Source of the DNA: Dehalococcoidia bacterium
Lineage (GTDB): Bacteria; Chloroflexota; Dehalococcoidia; GIF9; UBA5629
Reading direction: 5' to 3'
Length of the DNA stretch: 64,000 nt
NCBI GenBank assembly: GCA_050011565.1
Contig: JBEKIW010000001.1
Location: 224,001-288,000, forward strand
Below the pieces are notes generated by a model that had not been told where the DNA came from, did not search any database, and worked only from the letters and a program-made list of their open reading frames with translations. Both the position numbers and the translations under genes were made by a program. Each line of letters begins with the position of its first letter. Position 1 is the first letter of the stretch. This document shows, piece by piece, positions 51,501 to 60,183 of this stretch.

Positions 51501-52031
51501 GACGACATCGGCTATACCATAGGTTACTCCCGTGGCAGCACTATATACTGGGGGTCCGAATTGGGTAACGGGTATGTGGTTAAACCAGTTTATTCCGTCC
51601 GGTGATTCAGCATATCTCCATCCGCTTATGCTATTTTGGTTCAGCCCTGCATACCACATGCGGTAATACATGGTCAATGAGCTTGGGTCGGTACCGCTGT
51701 TGGCTCCGGTGAATCCTGTGCTGTAGTATTTTACATCTGCGTGATACTGCGCATCCGATATTATGGGGTTGCCGCTATATGGAGTCCACGTTATGCCGTC
51801 GGGTGACTGGGCGAGATTAATCGAGGCAAAATTATTTCCGGCATAATATAGTTTATAGTTTACGTTGTCCTTAATGACATAGGCTTGATCCGGGATGAGT
51901 GTGGAGAATACAGGTGATGGGCTTTCATTGATGGTGAAGGTAACCGAGGACGCTATTGCCGGTGCTGCCATCAAGCTAAAGCTCACCCCCAGCACCATGG
52001 CAAACAAAACATTAAAGATCTTCTTTTTCAT
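48579..52031 (-). CDS. Membrane-anchored surface protein: tandem beta-propeller (GH32/43/130-like) domains, Ig/PKD, Gly linker, HFS domain, CARDB-like, C-terminal TM
   Basis: Signal peptide; many S.DG..W blade motifs; C-terminal cassette ending NWWFIVG..RR. Confidence 0.75.
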   Translation of the reverse strand: MKKKIFNVLFAMVLGVSFSLMAAPAIASSVTFTINESPSPVFSTLIPDQAYVIKDNVNYKLYYAGNNFASINLAQSPDGITWTPYSGNPIISDAQYHADVKYYSTGFTGANSGTDPSSLTMYYRMWYAGLNQNSISGWRYAESPDGINWFNHIPVTQFGPPVYSAATGVTYGIADVVYTPGASNTGTDWTFRIYANVQWELGAYGGKELVVMAFSSDGYNWTGYDPTAAGYATPVFAGTLVTSDFDCDHIGWFKVIKNSPTDWEAFYSGGKETTYQALNGIGYATSTDGINWTRSQTLFTTSDGVAWRSQSVWMPSVVKTGSNYQIWFLGSDNPNLDSSNWIQWKLGMANLTVAPTPTPCDWVEYGNNPVFGQGLPGGGAMAYYPKVIYDANQFSGHGNTAYYKMWFGSDDGTGTRQIGYAESADGINWTAGPNPVFGLVTGANHPLVKYRPDGFGNGIFYKMWYEDTAYLYSINALRYAESTDGVNWTNDQALTQDGTYPLVTNSWPDWNTGSYGPCDLIYNSSGFPDDINIWNNKYVIYYMGTDGTNEAIGLAYSADGTHWKRYVNNPVLSPGTALDWDNTGVGYCSVLNLSGNWQMWYGGGVETNHGIGYATSTDGINWTKHPGNPIFYKDDGMPWRNDRTYTPWVLYDAANFGGDTCPYKMWFSGKSSTGKYSVGYACATPVDAGPNQDVCEGGDPIALIGASPSGGTWSGTGVSGSDFNPTGLLPGPYIVTYSYTNAKGCSSSNNKTVTINTRPIVNAGPDLTIISGSSTVIGGSPTASGGIPPYTYSWVPATDLNNPASANPTASPNTNTTYTVTVTDSKGCTSIDSMTLSVQLPTPQPLIGGSGGGGLPASLVACPATLAVDMQGTTTMASMTGKGVLCETCIAKDASGKYVLELDKDTKLVLAGDRVPLLLRFRESSAPPPAPENTTIVGPVYEISAYPTSYATVPSPVTILPPATLTLTYDPKKLPTNATEVFIANFDAAQGWQALAPVPGVVAELGKAQGLASHFSPVAVLARLAEPKPAEFEVSNLTVNPSHAQPNQEVTVSIKVTNTGEKSGDYSLQLKVDGVITSTKQVTAAAGTSQTVNFTTAGYAAGKHQVEVAGLSGEFEILKVSQPTNTNWWFIVGVTAIIMLIVALLIALRR

Positions 52032-52094
52032 CCTGAAATCTCCGTCTCTTTGATTTCGGCAAAAGCCATTTATACCTTTTTCCCTTTTTCTGAA

Positions 52095-52125
52095 TAAAAA
52101 AACCGACTCACCTTTGGGTCGGTTT
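52095..52125 (-). terminator. Riboswitch expression-platform terminator 1
   Basis: AAACCGAC...GTCGGTTTTTTT; its 5' arm is the aptamer 3' end. Confidence 0.75.
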
Positions 52126-52186
52126 CACTATTAGCTCGGCACAGGTCAAGTGACCAAATTTCGACTGGTGCTTCATCGCCCCCCAA
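52115..52186 (-). ncRNA. c-di-GMP-II-like riboswitch, copy 1
   Basis: GGGGCGAUGAAGCACCAGUCGAAAUUUGGUCACUUGACCUGUGCCGAGCUAAUAGUGAAACCGACC matches the class II layout (GAUGAA..GG.CACUUG..GAG..AGUG.AACCGACC; CACU/AGUG pseudoknot). Confidence 0.8.
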
Positions 52187-52225
52187 TTCGGATATTCTAA
52201 ATTAGCTATCTTATCTAGCGGCTGC

Positions 52226-52320
52226 ATAGTCTCATACACTGCCGGCACTGTCAAGTATCTTAACCTATCAGGACTTCACCATAAGTAGTACCTTTTTCCT
52301 ATAAACTCTGGTACCTTTGG
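52226..52320 (-). promoter_or_regulatory. Sigma70-type promoter plus conserved operator block, copy 1
   Basis: TTGACA (52254-52249), 17-bp spacer, TGn-GACTAT; upstream block shared with copies 2 and 3. Confidence 0.7.
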
Positions 52321-52382
52321 GTGATGTGGCGGGATAGGCCATGCGACAGCGAGGCTTTAGCCTCGCCCGGACATGCTTCAAT

Positions 52383-53831
52383 TTAGCTTCGGCAGCTTTC
52401 AGTAGATTTATCAGTGGGTATGGCTGCAGATGCAGGTGCCGTCTTTTTGCGGTCTTTAAACCATCTCCAGCCCAAGATCGACCATATGGCTAGCACCAGG
52501 ACTGTAATTCCACCTATAAGCCACCAGTTGACTACAGATGGCACGGATGCTTTGATTACCTCAAATTCACCAACAAGACCGGCAACTTCTACCTGATGTT
52601 TGCCGGCAGTGTCACCGGTGGTGGTGAAATTCACTACTTGACTTTTCCCAGCGGCAACGGTTACCTGTGTGGTTGATTTCACTGCGCCATCGATTTTTAG
52701 CTCCAGACTATAATCTCCGTTTTTCCCACCGGTATTAGCCACGTTAACGCTAACTGTAATTTCCTGGTTTAGCTGAGTCTGGGTTGGGCTGACGGTCAGG
52801 TTGCTCACCTCAAATTTAGCTGGCGCTGCCTCTTCGAACTTGGCTAAGACTGCGAAAAGGGAGAAGTGGTTTAACAGGCCGTGTGCTTTACCGATTTCGG
52901 CGACGGCACCAGGTACTGGTGTCAGCGGCAGCCAGCCTTTTGTTGAGTCGTAGTCGTCGATGAACACCTCCGTAGTCTTTTCAGGTAATTTACTGGGGTC
53001 ATAACTCAAAATCAATCTGGCTGATGGCGATATGGCTATGGGCGATGGTGTCGTCTCGGAGGCTGAGGCATAAGCTGCGAACTCGTAGACCGGGCCTACT
53101 ATCATGGTATTTTCATCAGTTGGCAGTGAGTTGGATGCGATTTTGACTTTCAGTAGCAACGGTACTATATTGCCGGCAAGCATTACCTTGGTATCTTTAT
53201 CGAGTTCAAGTGTATTTTTACCAGAACTATCCTTGGCCAGGCACGCCTCACAGAGTACGCCGTCCTTAGTCATACTGGCGGTGGTTATGTTGCCCTGCAC
53301 GTCTGCGGTAAGTGTTAACGGGCAAGCATAGAATGATGCCGATAAGCCACCTGCGCTGCTACCCTGGCCACCACCGCCACCTCCTCCCCCTCCTGAGTAA
53401 CACAATGTTGTTCCCTGAGGGGTGTTGGAAAGCGGTGTCCACGTCCCAGTGGCGTCAGCCGCCTTGATAGCAAAGTAGTACGTGGTACATGGATTTAGCC
53501 CAATGACTAGGAGTGTCTCAGGGGAGCCAGGCGGTTGGGGTGTTGGTGGAGTTGCCAGTTGGATGGCTGCCTGCCACTCAGCCTCAGTAGTGATAGGAGA
53601 TAGAGAGTAGCGAATATCGTATTGAGTCGCCGGTCCCCAGCCGGGGGTAAGCTGTGGTGAATTCCAGGTCAAGGTCAGGCTGGTGTAGGTAGGGTCACCC
53701 ACCGCCAGGGTAATAGTATTACCGCCGACGGTGAAGCTGCCGGTTATGGAATTATCGGCGTAAGCCTGTGCCGGCGCGAGGCACAACAGCAGGCTCAGTA
53801 ATATAATATATTTCAGTATGGATTTGTTCAT
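52383..53831 (-). CDS. Membrane-anchored surface protein: FN3, Gly linker, HFS domain, CARDB-like, TM
   Basis: Signal peptide; SLTLTW...YDIRYS...GLNPCTTYYFAIKA FN3; shared C-terminal cassette. Confidence 0.78.
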   Translation of the reverse strand: MNKSILKYIILLSLLLCLAPAQAYADNSITGSFTVGGNTITLAVGDPTYTSLTLTWNSPQLTPGWGPATQYDIRYSLSPITTEAEWQAAIQLATPPTPQPPGSPETLLVIGLNPCTTYYFAIKAADATGTWTPLSNTPQGTTLCYSGGGGGGGGGQGSSAGGLSASFYACPLTLTADVQGNITTASMTKDGVLCEACLAKDSSGKNTLELDKDTKVMLAGNIVPLLLKVKIASNSLPTDENTMIVGPVYEFAAYASASETTPSPIAISPSARLILSYDPSKLPEKTTEVFIDDYDSTKGWLPLTPVPGAVAEIGKAHGLLNHFSLFAVLAKFEEAAPAKFEVSNLTVSPTQTQLNQEITVSVNVANTGGKNGDYSLELKIDGAVKSTTQVTVAAGKSQVVNFTTTGDTAGKHQVEVAGLVGEFEVIKASVPSVVNWWLIGGITVLVLAIWSILGWRWFKDRKKTAPASAAIPTDKSTESCRS

Positions 53832-53843
53832 ATATGCCCACAG

Positions 53844-54983
53844 TTAGTAGTATGTCCTTCTCCGCATCATCAGTATGATGATTATCAGCACCAGTATCAC
53901 CACCCCGCCACCTATAGCCCCGATGAGAAGCCAGTTAATGTTACCGGCAGTCGCTGAAGACCCGCCCGTGCCCAGCTCCAGCTTTTCTTCTTTGCTGGAG
54001 ACATAGGGTTTACCACCAATATCAAGCTCGAGCTTAAAAGTATAGGTTGTCTTCTGCCAGCCTCCGGCTGGAATGTAATTGTAGCTTAATCCGGCCCTGC
54101 CTTTTTCTAGCGGGGCTAACGTGGCTAGCGTGGTCTCATCCAAAGGAGCGCCGCCTTCTGTTACCCTCAGTATTACTTTAGCTTCAGGGAAGGCCTCAAG
54201 CAGATTGTTTACCGTATAGACTACCTGAGCAAAAGCCAGCTCGTTGGTTTTGGTATTGTAATTAGGAACGATGCCGAAACCTTCGAAGTAAACCGTCTTG
54301 ACTTCCAATGTGATTTTTTTGGTCTCGTTGGCAGCCACGCTGAAGCTTTTATCAGCTAATTTGTTGCCGCCAACATAGGCTTCAGCCAGATAGTTACCCG
54401 GCGCTACTTTCATCTTGAGGTTTCCCGTCTCAGAATAGCCAACACTGAGATTTTGGTTGCTGGCTTGCTTATACAATTTGACCATGGCTGGTATAGCCAC
54501 GCCGTCGGGGGTGACAGAAGTCACCTCGACCGAGCCGGCTTCACCGGTGACGGTTAGCTTGGCGGTTTGCCCGGCAGCCCCCAAAAGTTTTATGCCCTCA
54601 CCTTCCTTGTAGGCTTCGGCAGTGACCTTGAGTGTATACTGACCCGGGATGGCAGCATCGCTCACATTAACGCCTATGGTCACCCTTTTCTGCTCACCAG
54701 CCTTGAGCGGGAAATCATTTTCCGAAAGCACCAGCTCTACACCGGCGGGAGTTTCCGTGGCTAATCTGATGTTGAAGTCCTCAGTGCCGTTGTTGAAGAC
54801 AGCCACATAGACGTCGGGGGCACTGAGGCTAGTACCCTGGGGTATTTCGAAATCCTGGCGGTAGAAGCTGCCTGACATCGCCAGCCCACCGGCATTTGCT
54901 GGCGGTGGTAAAAGCAGGCTGGCCATCAACAGGAGACTGAGGAGTGCAAGCCACCCAACCCCATGCTGTTTTATTGAAAGCAT
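53844..54983 (-). CDS. Secreted beta-rich protein with C-terminal TM (candidate assembly/chaperone partner)
   Basis: Signal peptide ending PPANA; Ig-like strands (VFNNG...PGQYTLKV); NWLLIG TM followed by RRR. Confidence 0.6.
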   Translation of the reverse strand: MLSIKQHGVGWLALLSLLLMASLLLPPPANAGGLAMSGSFYRQDFEIPQGTSLSAPDVYVAVFNNGTEDFNIRLATETPAGVELVLSENDFPLKAGEQKRVTIGVNVSDAAIPGQYTLKVTAEAYKEGEGIKLLGAAGQTAKLTVTGEAGSVEVTSVTPDGVAIPAMVKLYKQASNQNLSVGYSETGNLKMKVAPGNYLAEAYVGGNKLADKSFSVAANETKKITLEVKTVYFEGFGIVPNYNTKTNELAFAQVVYTVNNLLEAFPEAKVILRVTEGGAPLDETTLATLAPLEKGRAGLSYNYIPAGGWQKTTYTFKLELDIGGKPYVSSKEEKLELGTGGSSATAGNINWLLIGAIGGGVVILVLIIIILMMRRRTYY

Positions 54984-55218
54984 ATCATTTCCTTTTCCGA
55001 GCGCATTTACCAGCGTTCCTTTTACAATGTAGACTCGACCCAAAATATCCCCTTAGCCTCGGGGCTCAGCGCTCTATACGCGATGTAGCCTAGAGGCTGC
55101 ATTAATTATAAAGGATAAACACGTCGAAAGTCACGGAGCTAAAGTCTGCTGGCTACGTCTCATGTGTTATTGCTCGTAGCCTGAATCATAGAGTATTATC
55201 CTATAGCTTTGACTTAAG

Positions 55219-55254
55219 GTCGTAGCGGTGAGGTTTTAGCCTCACCGCTACGAC
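55219..55254. terminator. Perfect 15-bp stem hairpin
   Basis: GTCGTAGCGGTGAGG-ttttag-CCTCACCGCTACGAC, 22 nt after the 55277 stop. Confidence 0.7.
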
Positions 55255-55276
55255 ACTGGTAAACGATTTAAGAACC

Positions 55277-56302
55277 CTAGCGATTAGTAATCTGGTAGTA
55301 GATGCTGCCGCTGTAAGTATCAGGTGTAATGCCGGATGCACTGAGCGATAGCCACAAGGTGTTGGTGTTGACATCATCGCCGCCTTCGGTGGTGAGGGTT
55401 CCTGTGATGTCTGTATCAGTGTAGCTCGTCTTATTTACGATAACTGCACTACCCAGGGCGTTGATGTCGTTCCCCATAAGGGCAAATTCGCCCGGGTCGG
55501 TGGGTGGATTACCGCCGCTCTCATCAAGGGCTACAGTCTCAGCACTGACGGCACCGGTCCAATTTGTTGACTTGATATTTTCCGCGTAGTTGCCGTTGGC
55601 GATGTAGTTAATCTTTATGTCGGTCTCTGGATTGGCGGCACCAGCGAATAGCAAGCCCAAGTCCACGGGGCCCCAATCTACCAATAGAGGGGGAGTTATA
55701 GTGATTTCACCGTACCAGTTCATTGCCGTATCGCGGTCATACATTTCACCCGTTTGGGCACTCTTATTGGTTACCAGACCCTGAGCATCCCAATTAGCCG
55801 TACCGGTGCTCTCGGTGGCTACCTTACCGGGGGTGAAGGCAAATATCCAGTCGCCGGTTGTGAGTTCCGGATTGGCTGGCGCTGTACACGTACCAAGCAC
55901 CCAGGTGGTGCCGCCGCCGGTGGGATTGATAGTCCAGGTTGTTCCGCTGGCATTCCAGGTTAGTATGGCGCAGGTCTGGGTATTGGGTGTGGTCGGTGCA
56001 ACCGGGTCGTTGCCGGCACTATCATAGAATAGGGTTACCTCGACCGTGTCCAGATTGCTCAGCTTATTGACGGAACCAACCGTTACCTTGACGTAGTATT
56101 CGGTTAATGGGTCCATGGAAAGGGCAGGGTTTAGGCAGGTAATGTCGGTAAAGATTCCTATTGCAGACACGGTTGGGGGTTGGCTTCTGGCACCGAAGCT
56201 TCCTGTGGTTGTTCCTCCTGTATCAGCATAAGCTGCCGGCACCAGCAGCAGCGATAGAACTGCTACTAGGGCGAGTATGGTAGATAATTTCGTTTTAAAC
56301 AT
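55277..56302 (-). CDS. Secreted anchorless protein; candidate major fibre subunit
   Basis: Signal peptide ending AAYA; strong AGGAGG RBS; almost the whole mature chain is homologous to the C-terminus of 56840-60010; ends YSGSIYYQITNR. Confidence 0.7.
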   Translation of the reverse strand: MFKTKLSTILALVAVLSLLLVPAAYADTGGTTTGSFGARSQPPTVSAIGIFTDITCLNPALSMDPLTEYYVKVTVGSVNKLSNLDTVEVTLFYDSAGNDPVAPTTPNTQTCAILTWNASGTTWTINPTGGGTTWVLGTCTAPANPELTTGDWIFAFTPGKVATESTGTANWDAQGLVTNKSAQTGEMYDRDTAMNWYGEITITPPLLVDWGPVDLGLLFAGAANPETDIKINYIANGNYAENIKSTNWTGAVSAETVALDESGGNPPTDPGEFALMGNDINALGSAVIVNKTSYTDTDITGTLTTEGGDDVNTNTLWLSLSASGITPDTYSGSIYYQITNR

Positions 56303-56387
56303 TTTTTATGTTTAACCTCCTTTGTGTTTTTTGGATATTTTATTGCAGGTCATTTAGTAATGCTTTTTGTCATTCTGGCCTTTTACC

Positions 56388-56452
56388 CTGTCATTCTGAG
56401 GGAGCATATCGACCGAAGAATCCGGAGACTCTTCGCTTGGCTCAGAGTGACA
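56388..56452. repeat. REP-like palindrome in the 5' leader
   Basis: TGTCATTCTGAG...CGAAGAATC..GACTCTTCG...CTCAGAGTGACA. Confidence 0.65.
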
Positions 56453-56499
56453 GATTAATAAACCGCTTTGGTTTAAGTATTATCACCTCCTATTTTGTC

Positions 56500-56536
56500 T
56501 AAAAAGAAACCGACCATTAAAAAACGGGTCGGTTTC
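56500..56536 (-). terminator. Riboswitch terminator 2
   Basis: GAAACCGACC-loop-GGTCGGTTTC-TTTTT. Confidence 0.75.
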
Positions 56537-56597
56537 ACTACTGGCTCCACACAGGTCAAGTGACCACATTGCGACCGGTGCTTCATCGCCCCCCCCC
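56525..56597 (-). ncRNA. c-di-GMP-II-like riboswitch, copy 2
   Basis: GGGGCGAUGAAGCACCGGUCGCAAUGUGGUCACUUGACCUGUGUGGAGCCAGUAGUGAAACCGACC. Confidence 0.8.
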
Positions 56598-56636
56598 AAT
56601 CTTACGTTCTACTTAGTTATCGTATCTTACGGCTAC

Positions 56637-56731
56637 ATAATCTCATACGGCTTTGTCAATGTCAAGTATCTTAACCTATCAGGACTTCACCATAGGCAGT
56701 ACTTTTTTCCCATAAGGTTTAGTACTTTTGT
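56637..56731 (-). promoter_or_regulatory. Promoter plus operator block, copy 2
   Basis: TTGACA 56665-56660, 17 bp, TGn-GATTAT; shared AGTATCTTAACCTATCAGGACTT block. Confidence 0.7.
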
Positions 56732-56839
56732 AGGGTTGGCAGCAGACAATGCAATTCGATGTGATTTGATCTCGCCCAAAATGCTCATATGGTCTAAAAA
56801 GGTTGCTTCCACAATGTAATCACTTAATAGTAACTAAGA

Positions 56840-59800
56840 CTAGCGTTCGGCAATCTGGTAGTAGATATTGCCGCCATAAATTACGGGAGCAATGCCTACC
56901 TCACTGAGCGATAGCCATAGACTATTGTTGGTGATAGTAACGCCGGCTTCGGTGGTAAGGCCTCGAGTGTCATTTATGTGGTTATAGCTACTGGTGACAG
57001 TGATTGCACTACTTGGCTCGTTGATGTCATTTGCCATGAGGGCAAATTCGCCTGGATTGGTAGGTGGGTCACCTGTAGAGAGAGTTACGGTCTCACTGCC
57101 GCCGACCCAGTCTTCTGACCTGATGTCTTCATAGTAGTTGCCGTTGGCAATGTATTTAATACTTACGGCCTCTGGATTCGGGGTATCCTCGAATTTAAGA
57201 CCCAGCGGCACTTCACCCCAGTCGACTGAAGGGGTATTAACGGTAATTTCACCATACCAGTTCATGTCCTTGTTGCGGACATATCTTTCGCCTGTTTGGG
57301 TGGGGTTACGGATTGCCTTACCCTGGGCATCCCAATCTGCTACCCCGATATTCTCGGTGGCTACTTTTCCTGGTTTGAAGGCGAATATCCAGGCACCGCT
57401 GGTGGTATTCAATGGCGGCTGGAAGCACCCGCCGGTCTCTATTGTCCATGACGTAGGGGCACCGGAGGAGATAGTCCAGGTAGGTGTAGAGCCGACACCG
57501 CAGGTCAGTATGGCACAGGTCTGAGTATTGCCACTCGTCGGTGCCGTCATATCGTCGGCGCCGGTTTCATTATAGAAAAGAGTTACCTGGACTGTTTGGA
57601 GGTGTTCCAGGTTATTAGATAGAGTGACCGACAGCCTGGCGTAGTATGTGAATTGTGGAGTCATGGAATCGGCAATTGTGGTGCAGCCAGGGTCTTCATA
57701 GATTTCTAATTCAGTAACAGTTGGGATGCTAGCCGGGTTGACGGTGACGTCTACACTAGCGTTGTTCTGGCAGCCATAGGAGTTGGTGACGGTTAAGATA
57801 TATTCTCCTGCCATTGATATAGTGGCGTTGGGTATGGAAGGTGACTGCGCCAGGCTGGAGAAGCCATTTGGCCCGGTCCAGGAATATGAACTCATTCCGT
57901 TAGGTCCGCCGGTTAACAGAATGGTATTGCCCTCCTCGACGGGCGAGTTGCCCGAGGCTGAGGCTGTAGGCCTGGGATTGACGATGACATTGACTGAGTC
58001 CGAGGCGGTGCAGTGGTATTCGTAGGTTAGCTCGTAGATTACGCCTCCGGGATTGGCGGTCACGGTGCCCCCAGTCGTTTGTTCATTGGCGGCTCTTATC
58101 TCCAGTATGTTTGTGCCTATCTGAAGGGTAGGCGAATAAGACTCAACTGATTGCCAGCCTGATGAAGCGACCCAATTATCGGTTAAATCGCTGTCTTCCC
58201 ATGGTATGCCATTATAGTCTGTGAGCTGGGCTAAGCCGAGAAAGATTCCATTCATATAGGCTTCGTAGCCGTTATCACAGGTGATGCGAAGTGTGGCGTT
58301 TGTTGGAGCGGTAGCAATGTCGAAGCTGCGCTCGAAGTAGACTACGTCGCCTGCCTCAGGATGGACTACCTGATAGCTTTCCCATATCCACTGGGCAGTA
58401 TTATTGGGATAACCGAAGTTGTAGTCCAGGCCTGACCACCAGTTGGGGTGCACCCAGGCTAAAACGGCATTATGTGGTGTAGCACCATTGCCTCGGGTGA
58501 CCATAGTATTATTGTCGCTGACAACCTTGTTGCTGCACATAGCGCTATCGGTGACGGTGACAGCCACAGTGCCGGCGCCGCTGGCGATATATTCATTGCC
58601 TTGATATGAGCCTGGTGCAGTGCTGACGCTCCAGTCGTAGGTATAAGGCGGGGCGCCGCCAGCGGCATTGGCGGTTAGTGTAGTACTGCCGCCTTCGCAG
58701 AAGGCTGGGTTGCCGTTGATAGATACGGCGAGAGATGATGGCGTGGTGACGGTGACCTGGGTGCTGTTAGTGCACTGGCAGCCGCCGACAGTGACGGTTA
58801 TGCCGATGGTGACCGGGCCAGTTGAGCCAGCTCTCCAGGTAATGGAGCTGGTGCCCTGTCCTGCGGTTATGGTGCCGTTGGTTATCGACCAGGTATAGGT
58901 GGCCCCGCCTCCGGCATCTGGGACTGAGGCGGTATTACCAGTGGAGTTGGCGTAGACTGAAGAAGGTGCGGTGATGGTGCAGTCGATTGTTATAACGGTG
59001 ACCTGGGTGCTGTTAGTACACTGGCAGCCGCTGGCGGTGATGGTGATACCCAGGGTGACGTTGCCGCTGGGGCCGGCGGTATAGGTGATGGAGTTAGTAG
59101 TTCCGCCTGCGGTGATGGTGCCGTTGGATATAGTCCAGGTATAGGTAGCGCCGGTCACGGCTGTGACCGAGGCATGGTTACCGGTGGAGTTAGCGCAGAC
59201 TGAAGCTGGAGTTGGGGTGATGGTGCAGTCAGGGTTTGGTTTGATGGCGAGGGTAACGGCCCGCCAACGTTCACTACCTGTGCCGGTGAGGTCGAACGCT
59301 GCTGTACCTGTGGCTCCAATGGCCGATTGAGTTATGTCAGCGGCACCACCGCTGCTGGTACCCGACCCGCTATAGCTCTCGATGCTGAAGCGGCCTGTAT
59401 GCCCTGATGGATATCCGGCACCGGCTCCCAGATCGCCATCGGCCCCGTAGATACGGAGCACCAGTGTGTCAGCGACTGTGGTGGTGACACTTGGTGCTGT
59501 GGGGGTGTTTGAGTTACCGGTAGCGGAACCAGATACATTGATGGGATTCCCGGTGCAAAAGTTGCTATAGCGGAGAATGGCACCGACTGCCTGTTCGCTG
59601 CCGGACCACGTGATTGTGTAGGAGCTCGGCTCGGATGCTCCTGCGACCTTGTAAAACACGCCGAGTCTAATTTCATTAGACCCAGTCCCGCTGCTCCCCT
59701 CGTTGATTAGTGTCCACCCCGAAGGCGTACTGATGGCTCCGGTGCCATCCTTCGACAGAATGGCGATGAGCAGATCGCCTTGTGCAGTACCAGTCGGCTT

Positions 59801-60010
59801 GTTGATGGTCAGGCTGGTTCCGTTGGAACCGAGAGTGGCTGTAGCAAGGCTTTGGTAAGTTGGCGGGCCGGCGGCCTGAACGGTCGATACTGGCACAAGC
59901 GCTGCCATAAAGGCACTAACAATCAGTACCGCAGTAAAGATGCTCCTTGCAGCTATCACAAAGATTCTACTGCGCATGGTTATCTGTTTTGTGTTTATTA
60001 ACCTCTTCAT
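56840..60010 (-). CDS. Large secreted adhesin-like protein (N-terminal beta domain, duplicated Ig/PKD repeats, jelly-roll lectin-like domain, C-terminal subunit domain)
   Basis: Signal peptide; tandem NSTGN.ASV...TYTW.I.NGTITAG...GCQCTNSTQVTV repeats; WIW...LRITCDNGY jelly roll; ends YGGNIYYQIAER; no TM anchor. Confidence 0.75.
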   Translation of the reverse strand: MKRLINTKQITMRSRIFVIAARSIFTAVLIVSAFMAALVPVSTVQAAGPPTYQSLATATLGSNGTSLTINKPTGTAQGDLLIAILSKDGTGAISTPSGWTLINEGSSGTGSNEIRLGVFYKVAGASEPSSYTITWSGSEQAVGAILRYSNFCTGNPINVSGSATGNSNTPTAPSVTTTVADTLVLRIYGADGDLGAGAGYPSGHTGRFSIESYSGSGTSSGGAADITQSAIGATGTAAFDLTGTGSERWRAVTLAIKPNPDCTITPTPASVCANSTGNHASVTAVTGATYTWTISNGTITAGGTTNSITYTAGPSGNVTLGITITASGCQCTNSTQVTVITIDCTITAPSSVYANSTGNTASVPDAGGGATYTWSITNGTITAGQGTSSITWRAGSTGPVTIGITVTVGGCQCTNSTQVTVTTPSSLAVSINGNPAFCEGGSTTLTANAAGGAPPYTYDWSVSTAPGSYQGNEYIASGAGTVAVTVTDSAMCSNKVVSDNNTMVTRGNGATPHNAVLAWVHPNWWSGLDYNFGYPNNTAQWIWESYQVVHPEAGDVVYFERSFDIATAPTNATLRITCDNGYEAYMNGIFLGLAQLTDYNGIPWEDSDLTDNWVASSGWQSVESYSPTLQIGTNILEIRAANEQTTGGTVTANPGGVIYELTYEYHCTASDSVNVIVNPRPTASASGNSPVEEGNTILLTGGPNGMSSYSWTGPNGFSSLAQSPSIPNATISMAGEYILTVTNSYGCQNNASVDVTVNPASIPTVTELEIYEDPGCTTIADSMTPQFTYYARLSVTLSNNLEHLQTVQVTLFYNETGADDMTAPTSGNTQTCAILTCGVGSTPTWTISSGAPTSWTIETGGCFQPPLNTTSGAWIFAFKPGKVATENIGVADWDAQGKAIRNPTQTGERYVRNKDMNWYGEITVNTPSVDWGEVPLGLKFEDTPNPEAVSIKYIANGNYYEDIRSEDWVGGSETVTLSTGDPPTNPGEFALMANDINEPSSAITVTSSYNHINDTRGLTTEAGVTITNNSLWLSLSEVGIAPVIYGGNIYYQIAER

Positions 60011-60030
60011 TTTTTCGTTTTACTGAACTA

Positions 60031-60061
60031 GAAAAACCGACCGCAAAAATGGGTCGGTTTC
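60031..60061 (-). terminator. Riboswitch terminator 3
   Basis: AAACCGACC-loop-GGTCGGTTTTT. Confidence 0.7.
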
Positions 60062-60120
60062 ACTATTGGCTCGGCGCCGGCCAAGTGACCAAATTTCGGC
60101 TGGTGCTTCATCGCCCCCCA
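60050..60120 (-). ncRNA. c-di-GMP-II-like riboswitch, copy 3
   Basis: GGGGCGAUGAAGCACCAGCCGAAAUUUGGUCACUUGGCCGGCGCCGAGCCAAUAGUGAAACCGACC; GUC/GAC changes to GCC/GGC (compensatory) relative to copies 1 and 2. Confidence 0.8.
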
Positions 60121-60183
60121 TTTAATATTTTTTTCGGCTGGCATATTGCCATGATTTCTGTTTACATTCTATTCAGTAACAGA

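Noticed and set aside
55277-60010. Diversity-generating retroelement template/variable repeat pair
   Set aside because: Similarity is protein-level paralogy across about 300 aa, not adenine-specific, and no reverse transcriptase is present
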